Assembly (NCBI GenBank): GCA_029856155.1 | Contig: JAHQWL010000002.1 | Span: forward strand, 1 to 64,000 | Reading direction: 5' to 3' | Length of the DNA: 64,000 bases | DNA from: Promethearchaeia archaeon | GTDB lineage: Archaea > Asgardarchaeota > Lokiarchaeia > Sigyniarchaeales > SOKP01 | Part shown: positions 1 through 9,517 of the stretch, one piece after another | Layout: every line of letters begins with the position of its first letter | How positions within the stretch are numbered: position 1 is the first letter of the stretch | The notes under the pieces: model-generated | The model's database searches: none | What the model was told of the DNA's origin: nothing | Seen by the model: the letters and a program-made list of their open reading frames with translations, nothing else | Position numbers and translations under genes: made by a program

Positions 1-267
1 CTGTTGTATAGCATGGATTTCCTAACCATATATTTACTTCCCAAATATACCAGCTAAATAAAAGGTCAATTACCGCTAAGATTATGCGTTTTTGAGTATT
101 TGATATCAAAAGTTTTCACAACGATAAATGATATTAAGAAACCTATTTATTGAATTACTATAAGATAGAATTGGTATAGAAATAAAAATATTAATTAAAT
201 AGAAAAAATTTATGAAATTTCTTTTTGGAGCTTGTCTATTTTTTAAAATTATGTGTTATATTGATTG

Positions 268-597
268 TTATTTTTTAGCTTTATCTGGAGGACATCCAAA
301 ATCATCTCTTACTTTGCAATCTCGTTTGCTAGAACTCCCCGGACATGGATTGCATTTTGCTTTTCGCAAAAGGGCTTCAACTTCATTTACCTCATAACCA
401 AAAGATTCTTCTTCTGTCTCATCTACCAGCATATCGTCTTCTATTTTACTCAGATCATAGTCTATATCCTCTTCTAGGTTATCTTTCCAATCTTCCAATT
501 CTAAAATCTCATCTCCATCCTCATCTACCTTTCCTGATGGAACTTCTAAATCTTCATCTTCAACAGGAGCACTCTTTTTTTTAGCCATGTTAATCAC
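268..597 (-). CDS. Hypothetical acidic protein with C-terminal Cys cluster
   Basis: 109-aa ORF with a very D/E-rich body and a C-terminal CNPC...C...C motif. More protein-like than the three overlapping + strand ORFs. True start is probably the second Met (MAKKK). Confidence 0.7.
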   Translation of the reverse strand: MINMAKKKSAPVEDEDLEVPSGKVDEDGDEILELEDWKDNLEEDIDYDLSKIEDDMLVDETEEESFGYEVNEVEALLRKAKCNPCPGSSSKRDCKVRDDFGCPPDKAKK

Positions 598-744
598 TTA
601 TATTAAACATACATTCTTACATTTGAATTTTTTTAATATATAATATTTACTAAAATTTAATTTTATTACATTTAAAGTAAATAGTATCAAAAATCATCTG
701 TATTGTCTAATCTTAAATATTAAAAAACTAATGATAAGATTCCA

Positions 745-2835
745 TTAGGATAAATCTTCATTTAGGATCTGATCAATTTGATCCAAGAGAAGTTTATTTT
801 CGTGTATTATATTGAAAAAATTCTCAATGTCATTTAAAGTAGTCTTCAATTCTTCTATTGAATAAGTTTTATATTTATTTATCTGATATCGAGGCAGGAG
901 ATATTTAAATTGAATACGAACCAAATCTACTTTTAAGTATAAGAATTCTCTTATACTATTGAAATTCTTATTGGATTCTAAATAAAACTCATCTAAATAA
1001 AGTAGGTTTACTAAAGCATTACTTAAATTTAAAAAAAATCGCAAAAATTTTTCAATTTCTATTTGATAGTTCTTTTTTAAATACTCTAGCTCTGAGTTTT
1101 TATAGATAAAGTCAGAATTTAGATCATAATACAATTGAGACAAAATTTGTATAATTTTTCCACATTTTGATATAGTAGGAGGAAATTTTTGTGGTACTGG
1201 CAATCTTTTTACAAAACTACCGTTAAATCTTAAGTAACCCCCCGCCATGTGCAGAGAACTAAATAATGTTTTAAAGACGGTATCTAATAATTTAGAGTTT
1301 AATAATGTTAAGAGACAATATAGTTTCTCAGTATCAATCGAAGGAATTCTCACGAGATATAAGCCAGTTATATTAGTAAAGATTCCTGGATCATAGACAC
1401 ATGTTAGATCTTTAGCAATTTCTCTAAAAATTATTTTTTCATTTTTAAAATCTTGCCAAATGAGTTTAAAAGTAGGATTATAATTAAAATATGCGATTTT
1501 AAGATCTCTCTTAGCAATCTTTATTCTTTTATTAAATTTTACATAATATTTTTCTACGTTTCCCGTTCCAATTAATAACAAATCATTATCAGATCGCCGT
1601 TCATCACTGACATTATCAAAATGTTTGCTATATTTTAAAAAACCAAACGGTCGATATATAATTTTTAAATCTTTAAATGATTCAGCTAAGGTTTTAAAGT
1701 TTCTAAATAAATATGTTATTAATTCAATATTTCCTGAGATTGGTATTACTTTAGAAGGTAATTTTTTAATTAATTTTTGATGAAATTTTATAGTCTTAAT
1801 TCTATTATTTTCAATTAAATCATTCATATTATTGAAAATTTTAATTTTTACCTCTTGTTCCTCACTATACTTAGCTTTTTTTAGTGATAAAATAATAGGA
1901 TATGTAGCTGTATTTTGAAATATAGGTAGAGACGATATATTTACAATTTCTTTAATTTCTGATTCATTTAATAATAATAATCTTACTTTGATACCATAAT
2001 CAGCAGATAAGAATTTATTAGGTAATATAAATGAGATATAACCGTCATCTGCCAATAATTCTAAAGATCTTTCAATAAAAATTATAGAAAGATCAAATAA
2101 ACGATAAGCTGATTTAAATCTCTTGGTTAATTTTTTCTTAAATTCAACATCCTTTATCTTTTTATTTTCCACATAAGGTGGATTACCAATTATTATATCG
2201 AATTTATCAGAGCTAAATTCTAAAAGAAAATCTAGGTTAAATAAATTGAAATGTAAATCTAATTTCTCAACGATTTGGTCAATATTTTTGAGATTTATAC
2301 TCTTTAAGTTAGATTTGTTAAATACAACCTTGTTTTCATTAAAAGATAGAAACCATTTAATTAACCTCAGTTTTGAGATAATAATAGCAGAGTGTTCAAT
2401 TTCAATACCATAAAGATTTCTTTCAATTATTACTTTTTTTATATCAAAATCAGAGAGATTTGGCTCTAATATTCTGTATAATTGATATAGTTTTTCAGCT
2501 ACTGATATTAAAAATCTCCCAGAGCCACAAGACGGATCTAGTATCCTTAAATTTTTAATTATTTTAATTAAATTCTGTTTAGTCTTCTGATTTTTAATTG
2601 CTGATAAAAAAATTTCTTTTACATTTGGTTCATCTTTAGTTTCTTTATTAAAAGATATATATCTTTCAAAATAGATTCTAAAGATATTAGATACTATGTA
2701 ATCTACAACTTGGTTTGGAGTATAGATTATTCCAAGATTCCGACTCTTATTTTTTTCAAGAAATTTTTCATTTTCAAAACTCTCAATGTATCTCTCAATA
2801 TAATTTACTAACTTTTGAATTAATGAATCTTCCAT
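745..2835 (-). CDS. N6-adenine DNA methyltransferase (gamma class, Eco57I/TaqI-like) with C-terminal target recognition domain
   Basis: Motif X (IYTP), motif I (LDPSCGSGRF) and motif IV (IIGNPPY), followed by a TaqI_C-like region (KIIFREI...LLNSKL). Confidence 0.9.
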   Translation of the reverse strand: MEDSLIQKLVNYIERYIESFENEKFLEKNKSRNLGIIYTPNQVVDYIVSNIFRIYFERYISFNKETKDEPNVKEIFLSAIKNQKTKQNLIKIIKNLRILDPSCGSGRFLISVAEKLYQLYRILEPNLSDFDIKKVIIERNLYGIEIEHSAIIISKLRLIKWFLSFNENKVVFNKSNLKSINLKNIDQIVEKLDLHFNLFNLDFLLEFSSDKFDIIIGNPPYVENKKIKDVEFKKKLTKRFKSAYRLFDLSIIFIERSLELLADDGYISFILPNKFLSADYGIKVRLLLLNESEIKEIVNISSLPIFQNTATYPIILSLKKAKYSEEQEVKIKIFNNMNDLIENNRIKTIKFHQKLIKKLPSKVIPISGNIELITYLFRNFKTLAESFKDLKIIYRPFGFLKYSKHFDNVSDERRSDNDLLLIGTGNVEKYYVKFNKRIKIAKRDLKIAYFNYNPTFKLIWQDFKNEKIIFREIAKDLTCVYDPGIFTNITGLYLVRIPSIDTEKLYCLLTLLNSKLLDTVFKTLFSSLHMAGGYLRFNGSFVKRLPVPQKFPPTISKCGKIIQILSQLYYDLNSDFIYKNSELEYLKKNYQIEIEKFLRFFLNLSNALVNLLYLDEFYLESNKNFNSIREFLYLKVDLVRIQFKYLLPRYQINKYKTYSIEELKTTLNDIENFFNIIHENKLLLDQIDQILNEDLS

Positions 2836-2946
2836 TGAAATTTAACTATATATTTTAAATTCCTTTATTTATAAAAATAAAAGAAACTATAATAAAAATA
2901 ATAGAGTTATTAAAAAGATAATTAAAGGAAAACAATTAGATCAATT

Positions 2947-3852
2947 TTGAATTTAATTGAAAATTCAGTTTTATATGATTTAATAAGCCACCCGCAGAAA
3001 ATCTCTACTCTAAAATTTGAGATTATTTCAAATATCTTAAAAACAGTTAAAAATATTTTAGAACAAGAAAATTTACTCTTAGAGTTTAGTTCTAAAGAAA
3101 TTGCTGAAGATGTTTATGTAATAGGGGATATTCATGGAAATTTGGAGACATTAACGAGATTAATTGAAATAATTAATCATAATAACCCGAAAAAAGTCAT
3201 TTTTTTAGGAGATATTGTCGATCGTGGACCCAAGCAATTTGAATGTTTATTAATCGTTTTAGCGTTGAAGATTCTTTACCCATCAAAATATTATTTATTA
3301 AGAGGAAATCATGAAACTTTAGAAATAAATGAATCCTATGGTTTCTTTCAAGATTTCATTTCAAGATTCGATGATCACAGCAAATTTAGTGAAATTTTAA
3401 GTATTTATAATGTATTACCAATATGTGCATTAATTAATAGAGAAATCTTATGTTTACATGGAGGGATTCCTGAAGATGATGGTATTTTAAAGAAACTAAA
3501 AGGTCAAAAATGCAAGAATTTTAGGAAAATATACAATTCAAATGGACAAGGGATTTATCAAATTATGTGGAATGATCCTAAATCTGGATTAGAAGGTTTT
3601 TCCGACAGCTTTAGAGGTCCAGGGATTAAATTTTTTGGAGATGATGTTTTTGAGAATTTTATGAAATATAACGATCTTAAATTCATAATTAGAGCACATG
3701 AATGCTTTCCTGAGGGATATCGATGGTTCTTTAATAATAGATTGTTATCTATATTTTCATCAGCAAATTATCGAGGATCTTATGCTCCAAATCCAGCATC
3801 CTATGCAATAGTAAGAAATAATGATGTAATTCCTAAATTATTGAGTTTATAA
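2947..3852 (+). CDS. PPP-family Ser/Thr protein phosphatase
   Basis: GDIHG, GDIVDRG, RGNHE, HGG, RAHE and IFSSANY motifs. TTG start. Confidence 0.93.
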   Translation: MNLIENSVLYDLISHPQKISTLKFEIISNILKTVKNILEQENLLLEFSSKEIAEDVYVIGDIHGNLETLTRLIEIINHNNPKKVIFLGDIVDRGPKQFECLLIVLALKILYPSKYYLLRGNHETLEINESYGFFQDFISRFDDHSKFSEILSIYNVLPICALINREILCLHGGIPEDDGILKKLKGQKCKNFRKIYNSNGQGIYQIMWNDPKSGLEGFSDSFRGPGIKFFGDDVFENFMKYNDLKFIIRAHECFPEGYRWFFNNRLLSIFSSANYRGSYAPNPASYAIVRNNDVIPKLLSL

Positions 3853-3935
3853 AGCAATTCTAGATCACAAATTCACTAGTTTAGGAAATCTAATGTGAAA
3901 TATAAGGGGTAGCTAACAAAATTTTCCTATAATCT

Positions 3936-4199
3936 CTATGTAATTTGAGAAGCGTCTGGTTTAATAAATAAGAGATTATTACCGCGTATAAATATCTCGT
4001 TATATTTAGCCACAGGCGTCCCTTCTAAAAGTTCGGTTGCGTCTTCTAAAATCATGTTCATATATGCGTCAATTTCCTTTAATAGTCCCCTATATTCAGT
4101 TCCATCTTTTAATCTGAGCAAAATTATAGAACCTTGACTATTTTGTAATATTTGTAAAGGATTTTTAGATCTCTGTTGATTATTATTTTTACTTGACAT
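3936..4199 (-). CDS. Sm-like (LSm/SmAP) RNA-binding protein
   Basis: Sm1 motif (LKDGTEYRGLLKEIDAYMNMIL) and Sm2 motif (IFIRGNN). Confidence 0.95.
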   Translation of the reverse strand: MSSKNNNQQRSKNPLQILQNSQGSIILLRLKDGTEYRGLLKEIDAYMNMILEDATELLEGTPVAKYNEIFIRGNNLLFIKPDASQIT

Positions 4200-4311
4200 T
4201 TTTAGTCCTTATATCAAAACAATTATTATAATATTTATTAAAAAGATAATTTAAAGATAGAATTTTTTGAATTAAAACCTTACGACATTAAAAACAAGCG
4301 CTAAAATTTAA

Positions 4312-4926
4312 TTGGTTATCATTGTGGAAGAACACTCTAAAAATCAAAATAAAAAGAAAAGCATAATCGAAAAATACAATTCATCATCACGTTTTTATGA
4401 CAAAAGATATAAGGCAATACAAGAAGAAAAATATGGAATTGTATTAAAAAACTTCAGAGCAAATGATAAAATTATTTTAGATCTGGGGTGTGGTACTGGT
4501 TTATTTTTTGAATATATTACAAAATCAATAAAGGAGCAAGGAGAAAGAAAGTGTAATTACGTAGCATTAGATATCTCTTGGAATATGTTATTAAGATTCA
4601 AAGCTAAGGTTATTAATTATAATCATAATAAAAATATTTTAAATTTGATACTTTCAGATATGGAATATTTACCGTTCAGAGAGAATATCTTCTATTCAAT
4701 TTTTTCAATTACATCTTTCCAAAATTTGCCTCATATTCAAATTGGAATCACAGAATCATTTAGGGTAAGTAAAAATAATGCTGATTATAAATTTTCAATA
4801 TTAAAGAAAAAATTAGATTTAGAATGGTTATTAAAAATATTAAAACCTAAGATTGAAGAAATAGAAGTAATAGAAAAAGAAAATCTAGAAGATATTATAA
4901 TTCAAGGAAATGTATTAAAAAATTAG
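4312..4926 (+). CDS. Class I SAM-dependent methyltransferase
   Basis: ILDLGCGTG motif I, acidic ALDIS motif II and LPF segment. Start uncertain. Confidence 0.85.
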   Translation: MVIIVEEHSKNQNKKKSIIEKYNSSSRFYDKRYKAIQEEKYGIVLKNFRANDKIILDLGCGTGLFFEYITKSIKEQGERKCNYVALDISWNMLLRFKAKVINYNHNKNILNLILSDMEYLPFRENIFYSIFSITSFQNLPHIQIGITESFRVSKNNADYKFSILKKKLDLEWLLKILKPKIEEIEVIEKENLEDIIIQGNVLKN

Positions 4927-4937
4927 TTAAATTGAAT

Positions 4938-5816
4938 TCATTTTTTATAAAAAGAACTAATAATCTCGTTTAAATTGCTTTCGATGCTAAATTTTTTTTG
5001 AAAATAGTTACATATATTTTCGATATCCCTTTTTAACAGTGAATTAGCATTTGGATGATCTGTTGACACCCACTGCAACCAATCAATTATTAGAATGTTT
5101 CCTTCTTCATCCAAAACAATATTAAATTCCCCTAAATCTCCATGTATCATTTTTGCTTTTTTATAGATTATTTTAAGTTGTTTTATAATTCTTTTGAAAA
5201 TTTTCAAAGGATTTTGAATATTTTTTATATAAATTAATTCTTTTCCTCTCAAATATGACATTATAATTATATGTCTGTTATATCCTATTGGCTTTGGAGT
5301 ATTCAATTTGAGTTCATATATTCTCTCAAGAGCTTCATACTCTTTTTTGGCAGCAAGTCTATTTACATAAAGCCAAGAGAGGTGTCCTCTTTCTCCAATA
5401 ATATCCCTTAATTGTTTGATATTTTTAAAGCTGGTTCTCCCCATACGATAAAATTTAGCAGCATAAACGTTTTCATTGTCATCCATGCACCCATATACAT
5501 CTGATTCTTTACCTTTACCTATTAGAGGTCCCAATTGACTAATTATATTTTTTTCAACTAAGGCATGTAAAGCAAGTAAATCATATGCCTTAGAATTAAG
5601 TTTGTAAGCAATTTCATGCCTGGAGGAATCTCTAATTATTAAACCCAGTTTATGAACCTTTTTCAGCCGAAAAAGAGTCTCTTCTATCTTATATCTTGAA
5701 TAGAATTTAATATTATTTACTGTTACATAATCTGATCTCTTCATTCCAATTTCAATTGCCATAAGTATTCTGAGATCTTCCTTATCCATTTTAGTAAGAA
5801 GCTTTGCTACTTCCAC
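4938..5816 (-). CDS. rio2: RIO2-type atypical Ser/Thr kinase
   Basis: N-terminal winged helix, GKGKES P-loop, IHGDLGEFNI catalytic loop and IIDW metal-binding loop. Confidence 0.92.
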   Translation of the reverse strand: MEVAKLLTKMDKEDLRILMAIEIGMKRSDYVTVNNIKFYSRYKIEETLFRLKKVHKLGLIIRDSSRHEIAYKLNSKAYDLLALHALVEKNIISQLGPLIGKGKESDVYGCMDDNENVYAAKFYRMGRTSFKNIKQLRDIIGERGHLSWLYVNRLAAKKEYEALERIYELKLNTPKPIGYNRHIIIMSYLRGKELIYIKNIQNPLKIFKRIIKQLKIIYKKAKMIHGDLGEFNIVLDEEGNILIIDWLQWVSTDHPNANSLLKRDIENICNYFQKKFSIESNLNEIISSFYKK

Positions 5817-5827
5817 ACTTTTTTCAG

Positions 5828-6610
5828 CTAAAAAATGAATTTTCTATAGGTTTTGAAAAAAGATATTAGTTTATATATGTTTGGAATTTCAAAAATCAGT
5901 ATTGCACTCAAATTTAGTAGTAAGAAGATAATAAGATCTTTTTGTGATATTATAAAATTAGTTAAGGTTGATCCTGCTTGAAATAAAAATAAAAAAATCC
6001 CTTGGTTTAAATATAATATTAATCCAGCAGAAATAATTACACCAATTAAAGAAAATATAATAACTTGACTTTCATTCTCAACTATTCCTAATACTATATT
6101 AATAGAAAAGAAAATGAGTGAAATAGTTGTTAAAATTTTCGAATTGTTAATCCAACTATTATATATAGTATTAGTTACGTGATAATTTTCATTAGATACT
6201 GTCCAAAATAAAGATGTAATTAAATTTAAAAAAGATAAAATTGGCAAAATTATGATAGCAATTATTGAAATGCTGTAAATACGTATTGTTGTAAATCTAC
6301 TAAATTTAAGATTTTGATCCTTTCCCGTTTTTATAGATTCTATTACTAATTCAAGTTTATTTTGTATTTCAACCGGAAAATTCTTTTTTGTCATAATAAA
6401 CTGGATGTTTAAATCGGGAAAAGTGGATACCAATTCTTTAATTTGACTAAAACCTTTCCGAAATTTTGCTTTATTACTTTTTGGACCACTCCAAAAATAA
6501 ATGATTTCTTTTTCTTCATCCAAAATTGCACAGATGTCATATGATAATATGCGATGTTCTTCTTCAATCCATTTAGATTTAAACTCATTATATATGAATG
6601 TTCTTAGCAT
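5828..6610 (-). CDS. Membrane protein with N-terminal gelsolin-like domain and about 4 TM helices
   Basis: ILSYDICAILDEEKEIIYFWSGPKS fits the gelsolin-repeat pattern (D..ILD....IY.W.G..S). Four hydrophobic segments follow residue ~110. Confidence 0.65.
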   Translation of the reverse strand: MLRTFIYNEFKSKWIEEEHRILSYDICAILDEEKEIIYFWSGPKSNKAKFRKGFSQIKELVSTFPDLNIQFIMTKKNFPVEIQNKLELVIESIKTGKDQNLKFSRFTTIRIYSISIIAIIILPILSFLNLITSLFWTVSNENYHVTNTIYNSWINNSKILTTISLIFFSINIVLGIVENESQVIIFSLIGVIISAGLILYLNQGIFLFLFQAGSTLTNFIISQKDLIIFLLLNLSAILIFEIPNIYKLISFFKTYRKFIF

Positions 6611-6715
6611 TAATTATCTTATTATCATATCTAAAATAAGTTTTTATTTTTTCTAAAAATAGTTTAAACAAGAACTCAGAAAAATATAGAATTAGTTATG
6701 AGGCTTTTTTTAGGT

Positions 6716-7615
6716 TTAAGTGGTTTCAAGTCTTTTTTGTATTTCTTTCCACATATTAGAAATATATGTTTCATATATTTTTACCGTTTTTTCATCAATA
6801 GATTTAAACCTTTTTTGGACTTTCAAATATTCCGAGATTGGTTTCCGCTTTGATGAGTCTAGAAATCTTTTACTTGATTTTGATAATTCAAATGTTCCAT
6901 TTACAACTTCATAAAGAGGCCAAAATCCAGTTTCATTTGCTAATCGACCAACTATAATTGTATCTTTTGGTTCATATCCCCAACCAGGAGGACAGGGTGA
7001 TAAAATATGAATATATTTTGGACCTTTTATATCTTTTGCCTTTTTGAATTTTTCAAATAAATCAAGAGGGTATGAAGCATTACCTGTTGCCACATAGGGA
7101 ATTCCATGAGCTTCTAAAATTTTTGGCATATTTTTTTTATGACCTAATTTTCCTTCGGGAGTCGTTGTTGTTCGAACCCCTAATGGTGTTGATCCACTTC
7201 TTTGGACCCCTGTGTTCATATAGGCTTCATTATCATAACACGCATAAATAAAATTGGTACCTCTTTCTGCTGCACCACTTAGAGCTTGTATTCCTATGTC
7301 GGTTGTCCCTCCATCTCCAGCAAAAGCAAGAACAGTAATTTCATCTGCCAAACCTTTATCTTCTAATGAAGCTAAGATTCCAGATGCAGAAGCGCCTGTT
7401 GTAGCAAAAGGTGTATGATACACAGATATTTTCGTTGAACAAAAACCTTGCATCCCATGTAATACCGTTAAGCAAGATGCAGGTACAGTTGTAATTGTTT
7501 TAGATCCTAAAGCTTTAAGCGCCATTCTATATATCAATGCCATCCCACATCCCGCGCAAGCGCGAGTGCCTGGATAAATAAATTCCTCTTCCGGGAGATC
7601 CATAACATTTACCAT
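6716..7615 (-). CDS. porB: Pyruvate/2-oxoacid:ferredoxin oxidoreductase beta subunit
   Basis: ACAGCG, TPP-binding GDGG...DNEAYMNTG and SPCP motifs. Confidence 0.93.
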   Translation of the reverse strand: MVNVMDLPEEEFIYPGTRACAGCGMALIYRMALKALGSKTITTVPASCLTVLHGMQGFCSTKISVYHTPFATTGASASGILASLEDKGLADEITVLAFAGDGGTTDIGIQALSGAAERGTNFIYACYDNEAYMNTGVQRSGSTPLGVRTTTTPEGKLGHKKNMPKILEAHGIPYVATGNASYPLDLFEKFKKAKDIKGPKYIHILSPCPPGWGYEPKDTIIVGRLANETGFWPLYEVVNGTFELSKSSKRFLDSSKRKPISEYLKVQKRFKSIDEKTVKIYETYISNMWKEIQKRLETT

Positions 7616-7621
7616 ATCATC

Positions 7622-8914
7622 TCAACCTCCTCTAAAGTATGTCGATTCGTCATAATCTTTTAATTCTTCTAATCTTAATCCTAAAAATTCGGTTTTATTA
7701 GTAAAGACTCCTTTCTTAAATTGATCCAATGCTTTATGGATCCCAGAAATGATATGTTCTGTTGTTACATCTCTACCACCTAAGCCTACAATGAATCCCT
7801 TGATTCTTGGAGGCTTTTTTATACCATATAGCGCAGATTTTAATTCATAAGATAAAACACCCTCATATCCATACCCAATATCTCTATCAAAAACAACAAT
7901 ATTTTCTTTATCTTTGAAAAATTCCCTCAATTCCTCCCATGGATATGGTCTAAATAGTTTAAGACTTACTAATCCAATCTTTATTCCCTCAGACCTCAGT
8001 TTTTTTATAGCAACACGAGCTTGAGATGCAACAGATCCCATTGCAAAAATAATTGTATCAGCATCTTCAGTTTGTACTGTTTTATAAATTCCATTCCCAT
8101 AAGATCTCCCAAATATTTTAGCAAATTCATCATGAACTTCTATAATGATATCGATTGAATTTTCTAATGATTTTTGAAGAGCATATCTATATTCATAATA
8201 ACCTGGGGCTGTTCCTTCTGCTCTCTTAACAATATGAGGGGTAGTTACTGGATCGATTCCCTTTACTTGTGATATGTCTGACAGGTTAATATGATGTTTA
8301 AGAGGTGGTAAAAATCCATCAATTAACTCTTGGTTTTCTAATTTAACTGGCATCATTGTATGACTTAGTATATATCCATCATAGGCAACTATTGTAGGTA
8401 GAAATACACGAGGATCCTCAGCAATTTTAAATGCTTGAAGATTCGTATCATAGATTTCTTGATTATTTTCACACATAAATTGAATCCAACCAACATCTCT
8501 GATTGTTATGAAATCAGAATGGTCTGTCCATACTGACCATGGAGCCCCAAGTGATCTAGTTGCGAGATTAATTATTATTGGTAATCTATTTCCTGCTGCC
8601 CAAGGTAACATCTCATACATTAATTCTAGCCCATGAGATGATGTTGCTGTGCCTACTCTTGAACCCGTAACAGAAGCAGCACAACACACTGCCAATGCTG
8701 AATGTTCTGATTCGACTTTTACAAAATTCGCTTTTAGTTTTCCTTCATATATAAATTCAGCAATTTTTTCAACTACAGGACTTTGAGGTGTTATTGGATA
8801 TGCTGAAATAACACCAACTCGAGCTTGTCTAAAAGCATGTGCTGCAGCATGATTTCCAGTTAAAATTTCTATATTATCATTAATATGATTCTTTTTTTCA
8901 TCAATCACGGTCAT
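7622..8914 (-). CDS. porA: Pyruvate/2-oxoacid:ferredoxin oxidoreductase alpha subunit
   Basis: AYPITPQS, ESEHSA, TATSSHG and GLGGRD motifs. Confidence 0.93.
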   Translation of the reverse strand: MTVIDEKKNHINDNIEILTGNHAAAHAFRQARVGVISAYPITPQSPVVEKIAEFIYEGKLKANFVKVESEHSALAVCCAASVTGSRVGTATSSHGLELMYEMLPWAAGNRLPIIINLATRSLGAPWSVWTDHSDFITIRDVGWIQFMCENNQEIYDTNLQAFKIAEDPRVFLPTIVAYDGYILSHTMMPVKLENQELIDGFLPPLKHHINLSDISQVKGIDPVTTPHIVKRAEGTAPGYYEYRYALQKSLENSIDIIIEVHDEFAKIFGRSYGNGIYKTVQTEDADTIIFAMGSVASQARVAIKKLRSEGIKIGLVSLKLFRPYPWEELREFFKDKENIVVFDRDIGYGYEGVLSYELKSALYGIKKPPRIKGFIVGLGGRDVTTEHIISGIHKALDQFKKGVFTNKTEFLGLRLEELKDYDESTYFRGG

Positions 8915-9210
8915 TCAGATTTAACCTCCTCCATTGTAATAGCTTTAACTGGGCATTCTTCCATACATATTCCACAACCCTTACAATATACTAAATCAAT
9001 ACGAGGGGGAATGGTTCTCGTTACAACAGCCTCTGGGCAATAAAGCCAACAATTAAAGCAGCTAGGTTTTCCAGATTTAGCTGGAATGCATTTAGTTAAA
9101 TCGATTATAGGCTTTTTTGAACTCCAAGTTCCAGTTTCACCAGCTTCCCCAATTACCGGTTTTTGAACTGAACCTAATATTTTTTGATAATCTTTTTTTG
9201 AGTCAGTCAT
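8911..9210 (-). CDS. porD: 2-oxoacid:ferredoxin oxidoreductase delta subunit (2x 4Fe-4S)
   Basis: TGTW, C...CFNCWLYCP and YCKGCGICMEECP. Overlaps porA by 4 nt. Confidence 0.92.
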   Translation of the reverse strand: MTDSKKDYQKILGSVQKPVIGEAGETGTWSSKKPIIDLTKCIPAKSGKPSCFNCWLYCPEAVVTRTIPPRIDLVYCKGCGICMEECPVKAITMEEVKSE

Positions 9211-9517
9211 TTATACATCAAAAACAGTAATAAATCAGATTCTGTATGAAATCAAACGCATATAAGTTTTTAATTCTTATTATTTATAAAAATAAAAGTT
9301 ACAGGCAAATTTCACCTAATCTATTACCAATCGTATTATTAACATCAAGTTAATTAACGAATATTAAATAAAAGATAATATTTGCTTTTAAATAAAAAAT
9401 AAATACCTAATGTTTCATTAATCTCATAAAAAAAAATTAAATTCTAAGATTTTTAAAACATCTTCTGAAAAGTAGTATTTTTTAAGAATTTTAAAGAACT
9501 AGCGGGTTAAGAAAAAA

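Noticed and set aside
1-29. Possible start of a minus-strand gene (MVRKSMLYN...) running off the window
   Set aside because: Only nine codons are visible, which cannot be supported or identified.
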